NCBI GenBank assembly: GCA_026025795.1
Contig: JAPEUG010000058.1
Coordinates: forward strand, 1-63,257
From: Thelocarpon superellum
Taxonomy: Eukaryota
Direction of reading: 5' to 3'
DNA length: 63,257 bases
In this document: piece by piece, positions 1 through 13,607 of the stretch
How positions within the stretch are numbered: position 1 is the first letter of the stretch
How the letters are laid out: each line of letters opens with the position of its first letter
Program-made: the position numbers and the translations under genes
The notes under the pieces: generated by a model
Database searches by the model: none
Told to the model about the DNA's origin: nothing
Seen by the model: the letters and a program-made list of their open reading frames with translations, nothing else

Positions 1-749
1 TACGCTCCCTGGCATCCTCGGCGGGCTCGGCTCGAGGGGCAGGTAAGTCGAGCCAGCTTACCAGGTGCAGAGGACAACATTCCGGACGAGCGTCAGCCAC
101 GTCGAGCAACACGGACCTGCTCAGCATAAATCGCGTCCCTAACGCCACGCCGCTGGCCTGGACATCCTACGACGATCGCGTTTCAATCGCACCAACGACG
201 CGTCTGGCCGTCCGCGTGTCCATTCCTCGTCCCATCCCCGCGCCCTCCCTTCCCCCGCACGAAGGAAGGACATCAGCTCCGCCGGATCTCGACGTGACAT
301 CGCCGATCACGTCCGTCGATTCGGAGAGTTCGTGCACGAACGTGTGTCACTGCAGATCATGCATCATGCTGGTCGGTGACCAGCCGGGCACGGTGCACTA
401 TGTCCTCAGCACTTTGGACGACCGGGTGTGGCCGGTCCTTGTCGCGGCCAGGCGATGGTCGGCCCCCGTTGTCGCCTTGGAATGAACATGCACCTGGCCG
501 GCGCTGTGCCAGCGGCTGGCGAATGCTTGTCTCACGTCGCTGCCCTTCAGCTCTTCCAGACCACGGTGCGAGCAGGTGCCTAGGCATCGCGCGCCATGGG
601 ATCTGACGTTGGCGTCGACGAGCTTGTGAGAGGGGCCTCCTTGTTTGGGTCGTACTGGGTCACACTGGTATCACCACCAAGGCCAGATGACGAGGAAACA
701 TCGCTACCATGACGCAGACCCCTCCGAAGGGGGGAAGCGAGAACGATGT

Positions 750-776
750 GGAAGCGGTGGAAGCGGTGGAAGCGGT
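750..776. repeat. Short tandem repeat (GGAAGCGGT)x3
   Basis: Directly visible 9-mer triplication. Confidence 0.8.
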
Positions 777-2794
777 GGAGGCGGCGCGAGCGCGCATGCT
801 GGACCGGGCACGCTCGGATCGAGGTAGCATCCATTTGTCCGCGTCGACTTCCCTGCCTTTCCTGCGCGCCATCATCCACACCCTTGTCCACGGCGCTGCA
901 CCTCGCCGCGCTAGCCTGACGTCGGCGCTTCTAGAGTTCTACCCGTAGAGCCAGCGAGGTGCAAGAGCAAGCATCGTTGGACAGGTGCAGCCAGACGCGC
1001 AGCGTCCGAGTACGAGTACGAGTACGGCGGTGCATGAGGTCGAGGTACGCTCAACACCCGTCACACCCGCACGGAGAGCGCGCATCGGTAGTCGTCTGCC
1101 GCAGGAGCCTGGAGATGCGCGTCCGGCGCAGATCAACGATGGGCAGCCCGCAGCAAGACCGTCGGCGGAAGGTGTGGCCGTCGGCCTGGCGATCCGAAGA
1201 GGCCTCTAACTTGAGGATAACGGTCGACGGCGCCAGGCGCTAGGCGGAGAGGTCGGGGCTAGAGCGGACCTAACGACGCCACCTGGCCGGGGGAGGCGAG
1301 GGGGGCCCTTGAGCAAGTGGATGACATGCGGATGGTGTTGACGGTGGAAGCTGCGGCGAAGCCTGCAGGCGTCTCTCCGTCGCCCGCCGCATGCAAACTA
1401 CGGGCCCAGCCGTGCCTCGCTCCCCCACAACTGACGTCTGCGACGCTGAAAATACGGCATATGTGGTGGTGCAACTTGATTTGCTGGAACCTGTCAGGCC
1501 GATGGCTGTGCGATGTCCTCGCATCAGAGTACTTCGAGCTCGACGTCCTGGCGGCGAGGAAGCCTGTGCCTTTCTCCCCACGGTCGCGTTTCGCTCCCAG
1601 CCGTGTCTGCGTCACGCGTCCGATTCCTCCGTCGGCCCCGGCGGCCCTCTGTCGCGGTGGATCATTTGTAAGCTCCAGCGCCATGAGCTCGAGGAGCTCG
1701 AAGAGGCAGTCGCTCGGTTACTTGACAACTGCGCGCTCGCTTGTGGTCCGTCATCCGAACGGTGGGTTCGGCGAGAGTTCCTCTTCGGCTCTCTTCACTG
1801 GGGCTGCGGTCCACCGCGGGCATGGGTCCCTGCGCCGGCCGAGTAGTCCTCATGCTGGGCCCAAGCGATGGAGAGGGTGGAAGCGAGGGCCACGGCGACC
1901 GGGCAAGCGATGGGATTGCAGGATTGTGGGATCATGCCCGAGCGACGAGCGTGCAGAGTGCCTCTCTTCCATGCCGAGGTCTTTCGTGTTTGGCTTTCTC
2001 GACAATCTTAACGAGTTTTTCCGCTGGGCATGGACCACGAACCCAAGAATAGAAGTGGTGTCAGCGCCCTCGTTCCGAGGTGCAAACGATTCTGTCCTTA
2101 TCGCCGACGAAGGATCCTCGTGCCCTGTGGCAAATCGTCTGTATCATTCAGCTGTCATGTAGTGCGTTCCAAGTCCTTGCGTCTCTACATCAAGACCAAC
2201 ATCGACGAACAGAATGGCTTCGGAAGTCTTGCTTTGCATGTGCTCGGTACGATATACGACGGATGTGCAGCAGGGCACCACGACCTATCACCGTAGTGGC
2301 ACACTTTACTCTTTGCAGTCTTTTGCCCAAACTCTGCGATTCAGATGACGTGACACGGCGAAGTACTACTTCCATAGTATGGAACGCAGCGGTTGTGCTT
2401 GCCCTTCGTACCGATACCACAGTCCCCACCATGGTAGCGTTTGGTCACCTGGTATGAGTACGGGTGATTTGGAACGAGGGACGTAGCACTGTGGGGTGGA
2501 TCCCCGCCGCAAAACAAAGGAGAATATGCGAGTGGTGGAAGGACTGACTTTTCGCAGGCAAAAAGTCGCCTCCACACAAGCAGACGACGTGTGCGATTCG
2601 GGGGAAAGTGGCCCAAGCCCCTCCAGCCAATCAAAAGCCTTAGTAAGCGAGACGGTCAATTACTCGAGTGCGAGGCGTAATATGTCAAGCGTGAACGTGA
2701 ACGTGATGGTGCGGCACTGAATCAAAATCAGAGACAAACATTGTTGGTTCAGCCGAAGAGAACGTTCCGCGAACAGTACCAGCGCGCGGCCATC

Positions 2795-3469
2795 ATGTCG
2801 ACAGGGGATCCCATAAACGCGAATCCCACGATCCTCAATCCGGCGGATCTGCCGACCCGTCGGCCCCGCCACTCGCAGCACAGTGACTCCAGTCTGGGCA
2901 TCAACGACAGCATCTTCGCGTCGAGCAAATTCTCAGCATCCCAGCTATCCGTCTTCGATCCGCTCATCGAGCCTACCGTCATCTCACGTCCTGCTCCAGG
3001 CTTGGGCTCCTCTACAGCGTCTCTCTCGGACCCCGAGGCCGAGGACGAGGAAGACGACGACAGCATCGTCGAGCCTATCGACGCACAGGAAATCTTCGAC
3101 CTCATCTCTACTATCTCCGACCCTGAGCATCCGCTTAGTCTAGGCTCGCTCGCAGTGGTCTCGCTGCCTGATATCTCCGTGCAGCATCCCTCTCCGACGT
3201 CGTCGTCGCCCCTGAGTACCGTGACAGTGCTGATCACGCCCACCATCACACATTGCAGCCTAGCGACGGTGATCGGGCTGGGGGTACGTGTCCGGCTTGA
3301 GCAATCGTTGCCGCCGCGCTTTCGGGTCGATGTGAGGATTAAAGAGGGCACGCACAGTACGGCCGAGCAGGTGACCAAGCAGCTCAATGATAAAGAGCGG
3401 GTGGCGGCGGCCCTGGAGAATGGGACGCTCATGGGTGTGCTGAACAAGATGCTGGAGACATGTCAATGA
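2795..3469 (+). CDS. CIA2: Cytosolic Fe-S assembly protein Cia2 (FAM96B/MIP18 family), intronless
   Basis: ATG at 2795 (MSTGDPINANPTI). Family motifs EIFDLISTISDPEHPLSLGSLAVV, ITPTITHCSLATVIGL and KQLNDKERVAAALEN. Confidence 0.93.
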   Translation: MSTGDPINANPTILNPADLPTRRPRHSQHSDSSLGINDSIFASSKFSASQLSVFDPLIEPTVISRPAPGLGSSTASLSDPEAEDEEDDDSIVEPIDAQEIFDLISTISDPEHPLSLGSLAVVSLPDISVQHPSPTSSSPLSTVTVLITPTITHCSLATVIGLGVRVRLEQSLPPRFRVDVRIKEGTHSTAEQVTKQLNDKERVAAALENGTLMGVLNKMLETCQ

Positions 3470-3614
3470 GTTACGTGACTGGTTATCATCGGGGACGGCG
3501 TCCCGGGACTCGTCCGGATGCATGGCAGCGGCGCAATATAATTTTCCACCCCTATCGCTCAGGCACCTAACTCGCATCGTATCATACAGGAGACGGGATC
3601 TTCCTTCTCTCCGG

Positions 3615-6600
3615 TCATTGACCGTCCAGAAGCCCACTCTCGCCCAGCTCGCGGAACAGTTCCGGCTCAAGAAACTTGGCGATGGTTACATCCTCGCTCA
3701 GACCCTTCCTGCGCCGCGTCTTCAAGACAAAGTCTCGTGCCGTTGCCTGGGCCGATGCTGGCTCGAGCGGCCGTAGCTTGATGTCCTTGTCCAGCGGATC
3801 CCCCGGCACTATCGACCATCGGTCGAATACCAATGCAACCATGGCCTGGCCCTGCGTATGAATCTGCGGACCAAAGATATGTCAGTCAGGCGGGGCAAGC
3901 AGGAGAATATTGAGCGTGTGCGGAAGGGGGCTGGGCAGACTTACGCGTAGATCGGTCTCAAAGCCAAAGGAGTCAATGACCGGGAGAAGACCTTTGACTT
4001 GATATAGAGCTAGGAAGAATGCACATTAGCCGACACCCGTCGTGGAGGGTCACATGAACGTACGTGTGCCTGCGATGGGTCCATTTGAAAGGACGTGTCC
4101 ACGTCGCCGCGCCAGCACCGTGTACAGCGACGTAACCGCATCGGCCGGCCCCGTCATTGAACAGGAATAGACCGGCTCCATCAGTCGTGGCGAGGCCATG
4201 AGAAAGGAAGAGTAACAAGCTCGCCGCGAGGTTGGGATGATCTGACCACCGCCGCGAAAGATAGCCTCGGGTGCCAGCGTCACGTCCATGATCTTGAATT
4301 TGGTATTGCGCATCGCTAGACCAGTGTCAGTCCAACTGTTCTCGACCTCGCATCCGCCGACGTACGTTCTTCACACAAGGGGCCCTCTCGGGCTCCCCAG
4401 CTAAATCCTTGTCGGATCGTGTCTCGCACGGTTTTCAGGAGGCTCTTATCCACCTGGAGATCAATCAGCGGCTGGTCCAACACGAGCAATATCCCACGAC
4501 GTACCTCAGTCGGGAGCGTATCGTCCTGTAAGATGTTGGGTCCTTTCTCGTCGGGTCCAAATGCCCAGATACTTCGTGCCGCCAGGAGATCCCATCCATG
4601 ATGCTCCTCGAAGAAGTTGGCCACCTTTCGAATCGGGTCCCGGATGCTGACTTTCCCGCTTTCAATATCCTCGGCGATGCCCTGATCCAGCGGCTCTGCG
4701 ACCATGGTGATCTTGTTCTTCTTGTTGGGCGTCATGGCGTAACACTTGATGGCCGATGTCTCCACAACGGTCTCGCAGAAGCGGGTGACGGGATCTGACA
4801 CTTTGATCTCCATCTCGGCGTAAAGTCGGCGTAGGTCATGGAGCACGCTGTCCATGTACAGCTCGCCCGTGCCCAGGATGACATGCTCGCCTGACTCTTC
4901 TACCTTGGTGGTGATCAAGGGATAGCTCTTGTTGACCTTGCGTAACCCGTCCAGCATCTTGGGTAGTTCGGACGGATTGATCGGCTCGACCGCCACCTTG
5001 TACACGGACTCGGTGAAGTGTTGGATGGGCTTGAAGATGTATGCGTCCTCGTTGTCGTCCAGCTTCTTCGGCACCAAGGTCGCCGTCTTGACGATGGAAT
5101 TATCCACCCCTCCGAGCAGCACCCAATTGCCAGCGGGCACGCCGCTCGTAGGAACGTGGTACCGACTCTCGGCGATCCACGTGTCCCAGATGGTCGCCTC
5201 CACCATATCCTCCTCATCATCGAGCGTGTAACCCTCGCCCAAGACCCGAACAGCCTGACCGGGTCGCGCGGTGCCACTCATGACTCGGCCCAAGGCGTGG
5301 AAGCTCTTCGCGTCGCTGGTGTTGAAAAGCTTGGTTACCTGAACGACAAGTGGGCCGTCCTGGTCACATCGTCGCATTGCCGACGCCACCTTAGTGTCGA
5401 GAGGCCCCGTGTAGTAGTGCTCGAGCTTCTTCTTCGCCCCCTCGACGGGCGAAGGGATATGCTCGACGATCATGTCAACGAAGCCCGTCGCTTCACCGAA
5501 AAACTGCTCGCACACCAGCTTGAGCAAGACTTTGGCATCACTCTTGAATTGCGCGGGCTTGAGAGAGATGCCCAGCGTGGCCAGGGTCTCCTTGAGATCT
5601 TCCGGGCTCTCGCTGATTGTGTGGGAGTAGAGCTTGTAGATGGGCTCCAGCACGAAGTTGACAAAGCTTCGCTTGGCGCCTTCTTCCAGGCCCTTGCGGG
5701 TGAATTTCCGGCTGCGTGGGTTGAAGAAGATATCTCCCCAGAGACGAGCGGCGAAATCGGCCGCGTTGACGCCAGGGAAGGTGTCGGCGTACATCTTGGC
5801 GAAAGATTGGAGCGTGACGCACCACCCCATGGTACTGCACGCGAACGCCACATTGCCCTTCTCCGGGCTCAGCCGACGCTTCTCGCCCTGTCCAGGTAGG
5901 GTGTTCTCGATGACGGTGTTGACCTCTTCGATGACATGTTTTAACTTGAAGTAGGCATCGGACGGCGGCAGCTTCAGCTCGAGGATGAGGCGATCCATCT
6001 TGTTGACGACGAGCGTCAGAGGCAGATCCTCGAGTACAGCATACTTGATGATCTGCTCGGTGTTGACTTGGACGCCTTCGACCAAGTCAACGACGACGAC
6101 GACACCGTCGACGAGACGCAGGGACGCCGCAACTTCGTCGACAAAATTCACATGGCCCGGCGTATCCAGAATGTTGAAGAGATGGGACTTGCCCCGAGAA
6201 GCCGGGAGCACCAACGTCATGGGGGCTGACTTGACCGACACCCCCCGCTCACGCTCCAACACGTGGACGTCGGTGTAGCGTAGCTGCTCCTGTCGCTTCT
6301 TGCCCTTCTTCTTTTCCAGTCGATCGTTGATGTCGTGAGTCTGCATGACGAGGGTGTCCATCAACGCCGTCTTACCATGGTGAAGGTGGCCGACTAGAGC
6401 GATATTCCGGATCTGCTCGGGGAAATTCATGAGATCGGTCATGAAGTCGCGAGAGAAGTAGACGGAGGGCAGATCGGCTTCTTGAACGGTGAACTTCTTC
6501 TGCTGGATCGGAGCGACGATAGGCTGGGTGAGGGGCTGCGCATCTTCTTCCTCCACAAGGGTCTCGACGCCCGGCCCATAGACCTGTGCAGCGGTTGGAT

Positions 6601-6920
6601 AGTATTGCTTGTCCTCATGCAGGATGACGGCGTTGGAGGGGCCTTCATCTGTAATCGGGTGAGCGTCACCGTGCCAAAGATACTCGCACTTATGACGCAC
6701 CATCAAGCTCCATCAACTGCTGGTCATTGACCGCGGCCGCCTCCTCAGCCTCCGGCTCGTCATCGTAGACATAGGCGTCTGCCCCGACGCCGTCAGGATG
6801 CGATTCCTCCTCAGACTCCTCCGCCTCTCCGATGAAGTTCCCAAACCTAGCGACCTTGGTCAGCCACTTTGGGAGCTCTTTGGGGACAAGATATCCTTAC
6901 TCATCATACAAGTCGTCCAT
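3615..6920 (-). CDS. SNU114: U5 snRNP 116-kDa GTPase Snu114 (EF-2-like), multi-exon
   Basis: Spliced start MDDLYDE|FGNFIG; G1 motif GHLHHGKT; DTPGHVNF; NKMD; C-terminus PVIDSFGFETDLR|IHTQGQA...RDFVLKTRRRKGLSEDV. Canonical GT-AG introns, e.g. 6847-6900 and 4454-4504. Confidence 0.97.
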
Positions 6921-7360
6921 TCGGGCGGCAAGCAGAGTATTGCTGTTTGAGCTGAGCTGGACTCCCCGCCTGCATCTGTTCCCGCGACATCAATAAATTT
7001 CTAGGAATCGTCTGATTGGTCGATGCACCAGGCGAGGAAGGCGAGGAAGGCGAGAAAGATGGTGCAACTTCAGGAAGCTGACTAACGGTCGCTCCCGTCA
7101 CAGTTCTCTGAAGATGCATCGACAGCTCAACCCCGGATGCAGGAAGCTGCAATACTGATTGCTCTCATAGATCTGGATGGAAGTTGATACTTTGGAATAA
7201 ATCGGCTTGTGTGAGTGAGGTTCGATCTGTTATTTCAGTAGTCGACCGTTGTGGACTCTACGTAAAGTCTCACCGCACATTGGGCTGTTGTGCGTACGGG
7301 CAACAAGCTGCAGGGACGAGCCAATCAGACGCCAATCACCCGAAGCTCGGACCTTGATAA

Positions 7361-8764
<1,404 letters not shown>

Positions 8765-8953
8765 GCGCATCGGTCAGGGACAACGCTACGCGCTCTCAAG
8801 GGCACATGAAGAATTGCTGTAGATAGCTAGGAAGTCATGTGTGGACGGGCATTGCTAGTGCAATGACTCGTTGCCAAGCGTCTCGACTCTACCGGCTTGG
8901 AGGTGAGTGCTGGGTGACTATCATACAGCTCGTGGATCGTTGGGACGGCCATC

Positions 8954-9504
8954 TCATCGGTCACGGTCTCCACCAATGCGTTCCAACGCCTACAGGGAAG
9001 GAATCAGTTAGTCGTGTGCTCCGATGTTCGCTCCGGATATTGCTCCACGGTCAGAGAACTCACTTCGAGCATGACGACAGAATTGCCACGAATGACCTGT
9101 CGTATGACGTCGAATGTCAGCGGATCTTTCAGCGGAGGAAGCGCTGGTCATTCTCCTTGTACGCACCACCATGCCTAACCGCACTTTTTCTCCACCAGCT
9201 TTTTCTTCTACCGCATCGTCCAGGACAATATTCAGGAAGACCTTGGCGACAAACACAACGTCAGCACCTCCCGCAAGGGCGAGGTCAGGCTAGACATACA
9301 TCGTAGCCACGTAGCACTCCGAGGACCTTCCGACTACCGTTCAGCTGGACGAAGAGTCGCTTGTCAAGGTACTGGATTCATCGTTAGCATGCCCACACAA
9401 GATATCGCCCACGAGTGAAACAGCATGCGCAGGACATGCGCGGTATTGGAACATAGGGCCATGGAATCTCATACCTTCTTGAGCTCCGGCTGAGCTTGAG
9501 GCAT
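8954..9504 (-). CDS. SMX2: Small nuclear ribonucleoprotein G (SmG), 5 short exons
   Basis: Assembled MPQAQPELKK|YLDKRLFVQLNGSRKVLGVLRGYD|VFLNIVLDDAVEEKAGGEKVRLGMV|VIRGNSVVMLE|ALERIGGDRDR*, with Sm1 and Sm2 motifs. Confidence 0.93.
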
Positions 9505-9679
9505 CTTAGCAAGTGTGGGGGAGCTTCACGTATGGTGTGGTCTTGTGCGGTGCCATTTCATCAAGTTTCATCATTTGCAGCGGAGATGATTTCGCACCGT
9601 CGGTTACCCGGCAATATCGACCACCCCCCTCTGCGAGCCGCACTTCGCCAGAAGACGTCGTCGGTTGCGCCATAGCAGC

Positions 9680-11028
9680 ATGAGGTCTGCCTTTGGGTCA
9701 CGACGAAAGGCTCGAAAGGTTGGGCATGACGAGGAGGATGAGAGTGACGGCGTGTCTGCTTCAGCAGACGGTCGTGGTTTCCATGGTACGCAGCGTCTCC
9801 CCCGGTGCCTGAACACGTCGCTCATCTGTCCACAGACAGCCCCACGGTGGTGAAAAAGCCTGCGCCGGGTGGAGTGTCTCAGGTGAAAACGAGCTCAAAG
9901 CTACGCTTGTCGTTTGGGCCGGGTGAAGCCAGTGGTGATGATTCTCAAGAACCGTCGGACGATATCTTCATACCCAAGAAGTCCAACCTCAGTCGCCAGG
10001 CGATCGAAAAGACTGCTGCGCGGAAGTCGTTGGCGCACAGTCTACCCTTGGACAGTTTGTCGATTCGACCGGGATATCCTGATGACCGGCCGAGCTACAA
10101 CGCCGACTACCTGAACGAACTCAAGAGCTCCACGCCATCAACTCCCAAAGACTTGAGTGTCCCCTCGCCGAGGGAGCGAGGCGGCGTGGACGATGCTCTC
10201 AATGTCTACGGAAAATTCGGAGAGGCGGCTTTCCTCGACGATAACGTCATTCCGAGTCAGGCCGAGATTGAGGAGAAGAAACAGCGCCGGGCTCTTCTGG
10301 CGAAAGAGCACGAGTTCATAAGCCTCCACGGGGAGGCCGAGAGCGATGACGACGACGACGAGGAGGAAAACGAGAACGGCGAGATCACGTTGCGGTCATC
10401 GAAAGCTCACGCTGAGACTCGACTCGTACGGGAAGATGAGGACCTAGCCGAAGGGTTTGACGAGTTTGTCGAGGATGGAAGAATCACACTCGGGAAGCAG
10501 GGTGAGAAGGAGCAACGTCGACGCCGTCGCCTGGAGATGGCAGAGATGATCAACGAGGCCGAAGGTAGCTCGGACGAGGATACGGATGACTCCGACGCCG
10601 ACCGAAGGGCCGCCTACGAGACAACACAGACACGCGCAGGAACGTACGGCACGCGGCGCAATGATGAGCAACGAAAATCGCGCCCGCGAGCACCGCCGAA
10701 AATCACGCCACTACCGTCACTATCGACTGTCGTGGAACGGCTGCAGAGGGAGCTTCAGAAGATGGAGTTCCTCAAACAACAAAGTAGTGAGCGACTTGCC
10801 GATTTGGAGCAGGAGAAGGCGGAGCTAGCGGCGCGCGAGACCGAAGTACAGAGGCTTCTTACAGAAACCGGGGCCAAGTACGAGAAGGTCGCTGCCGAAG
10901 CCGGACTCGCCGGTGCCCCCAACGGCAGCTCCATCGCTACAGGCAAAGTGGGAGACGGGCCGCTGCACGTTCATCGAGGGCTGGAAACCTTTGGTCATAT
11001 GCCACGCGATCCGTCTGACGACGAGTGA
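9680..11028 (+). CDS. NTR2: Nineteen-complex-related protein 2 (Ntr2-like spliceosome disassembly factor), 2 exons
   Basis: MRSAFGSRRKARKVG start; KLRLSFG, RPSYNADYLNELKSSTPSTP, IPSQAEIEEKKQRRA, EGFDEFVEDGRI, ITPLPSL and a C-terminal coiled coil, as in fungal NTR2-domain proteins. Confidence 0.8.
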
Positions 11029-11414
11029 ACCCTGACTCGATGCGCTCTTGGGATATTTCCTTGATGGTCAAGCTCTGTATACTCCTGATGGGCGCAAGGG
11101 GGGTGGATGCCATGGGGCGTACGGATATGCGACTGCATAGACAGTGAGCACCGGGAAACCAACTATTCTTGATTGCATTCATATTTGCATAGTCGCTCCC
11201 AATTTACACCATAGTCGTGAGACTCATCGTCGTCGTCCATGAGCGCTCCCCTGAGTCGTGCAGAACAAGCGGTTCTCGCGATTCGACGCACGTGACGTGG
11301 CGTTGCGAGCCGCCCATCCAACATTCCGCTCCCCCACAGCCAACAATCAGCCGGTATCCTGTGGCTTTATGTACATCTATGAGGGCCTAGGACGATGAAT
11401 CTGATAGGTCCAAG

Positions 11415-13314
11415 ATGTCGTCTCCCTCTGCTCCCGATATCATCACTTACATCGGCGTGCCGCTGGCTGTGTTGGGTGTGCTGCCCATCATCTACACCTG
11501 TATCAGAGTGAGTCCGAGCTCCCTCGCGTCCGTGGTGCTACGTTGGCAGCTGACGCTCAGGCCCACAGGCTCTCTTCACGCTGAGCGGCATCAAGCGGGA
11601 ACTGAGACGGAATGGCTTGAAAGCCACGACCCGGGGCAGTCTCATGTCAGGCATTGTCGAGATCGAACTTCCTCGATACAGCATCACTCCTCTGGAGCGA
11701 CATGACCCTGCATACTGGGAGCTGGCGGAACCGCCGTCCTTGGTTCGGGGCGGGTCCTGGACAAAGTTCCATTGGGACAGGCTTGCGACGGGACATACAC
11801 TCTATCGTCTCCAATACAAGGACGAATTGAGACAACCGCAGGCGGAAGTCGATTTTGAGGAGCTGGTCGCCTTCCTCCTGGACCGAGGTGCGGTGCCGAG
11901 TGCGGAAGGGTTCCGCATGCTGCGTACGACGGGGCTATGGACGCCCACCGGCACAAAGCTATTGCTCTCACCCGACACGATCCATAGCGTGTTGAAGGTG
12001 GCGCCGACCGACGATTCGGATGGAAGCCTGTCGCTGTCCCTGACATGGCACAAGGAATGGAACAACCGCGACCTGAATTCGCTACCACCGTACTGGATGC
12101 GTCTGGAGGCACCGGGACAAGACGAGCATAACGAGCAAGCCAGCGATGCGCCTTTGCTGGAGCCACCGTCCGAAAAAGCCATGGAGGTCAAGGAGCGAGA
12201 GGTCCAGTCGGAGGCGACATCCGTGAGAAACTCTCAGACGGAACACAGTCCGCGTAGCAGCAACGATCAAACGCTGCAGGAGAAGGATCCGGACGTCCTC
12301 ACCCGCTCGGAGAAGCCGACCACCCTCCAATGCACTTCGGTACGTTTCCGCATCGGGCCGTACGGCATCCAAGACGCATATCAAGAACGGCAGCACGTGC
12401 CCACGATGAGCAAGATGAACGTGGGCCACCTCCGCGCCTACAGCGGTAGCCCACCACCCTCCGTATGCGAGTGGTTCGCGAGTGCCGCGACGGTGATCGG
12501 GGGGAAGAAGGGGATGGGCCTATGGAGCTACGTGATCCCGGAAGCGATCCAAAGCTTTGCGCTGAAGGACACCGTACCATGCGGGGTGATGGTGATGCTG
12601 GGGGTGATCGCTGAGGAAGACACACCAGAGTGGGCGACGAAGCACGTGGACCGCACGAGCGAGAAGCACTTCGAGGCCTTCCAGGCCCAAACGCGCGCTA
12701 GATCTGCGGAGGACAAGCTCCCCCCCGCCCTGGCTGCCATCGCGCGCCAAGCGCGCCAGTCAGAGGAATTGGCCGCGTTCCACAACCAGTCGCGCCAGCG
12801 CATACGTGAACGGGCTGAACGCGAAGAACTGCGCCAAACCGAAGCCCTCAACTCCCCGCGCCTCGATACCCAGATCGTCGCCGACGCGAACATCAAGTGG
12901 CTGCACAAGTCCCAGGCCCAGTCGCAGTCTTCATCCATCCCCCAATCGCAATCGCAGGCCGCAGCTTCCTCCACCACCTCCTCCTCCTCCTTGGCCACGC
13001 CACCATCCACCCTACCCGCCATCCAGGCCAGCCACAGCATGCGCAAGATAGTCGAAGACACGCTATACAGCATGATATTCGACGAGGGGCGCGCGGTCGC
13101 GATGACGGAGATGCTGGAGAAGTGGAAGGCATGGAGCGACGCCGGCGGGATGAACAAGGCGCAATTTTCCTTCGTCAAGGGCCACCAGCGCGACTTCGCC
13201 CTCGCTTCGTGCATCCTCGCGCTCATCCGGGAGGTCGCCAAGGGAAGTGCGGTCAATCCTGCCGCGGATATGCAGGAGGCGCTGCGCCATTGGATCAAGG
13301 TCCGTATTGGCTAG
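11415..13314 (+). CDS. Conserved-looking fungal hypothetical protein with an N-terminal hydrophobic helix, 2 exons
   Basis: Exon 1 MSSPSAPDIITYIGVPLAVLGVLPIIYTCIR, GTGAGT...CACAG intron, then a 565-codon open frame with strong codon bias and a Ser/Gln low-complexity insert. Confidence 0.8.
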
Positions 13315-13331
13315 GCTGGACCCTGCTCTTC

Positions 13332-13371
<40 letters not shown>
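13332..13371. repeat. Microsatellite (CTTG)10 between convergent 3' ends
   Basis: Directly visible. Confidence 0.95.
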
Positions 13372-13373
<2 letters not shown>

Positions 13374-13607
13374 CGCTTCGCTCGTCCCTGCAAGTGGGTT
13401 ATCTTGGACTTATATGGATGTTGCATTGTGAGGAGGGACGACTGGAGGGCTGTGGCTTTGATCTCGATGAGTCGTACTGACCGCTTTACTATTCTTCTCT
13501 TCACTTTACATACCACGTCATGTAAGATAGGACGTACAGATTTGGAAACAGCCGGCGCGGAGAACGGGAAACGAGGAGATGGGACGAGACAGAGGACAAC
13601 GTAAAGC

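Noticed and set aside
1317..2162. 281-aa plus-strand ORF
   Set aside because: GTG start, Arg/Ser/Pro-rich random-like composition, and no recognisable domain or splice structure.
5018..5899. Long antisense ORFs (e.g. 5018-5899+, 12528-13298-, 28078-28947-, 41301-42269+, 51203-52051-)
   Set aside because: Shadow ORFs on the opposite strand of GC3-rich genes, with no independent motifs.
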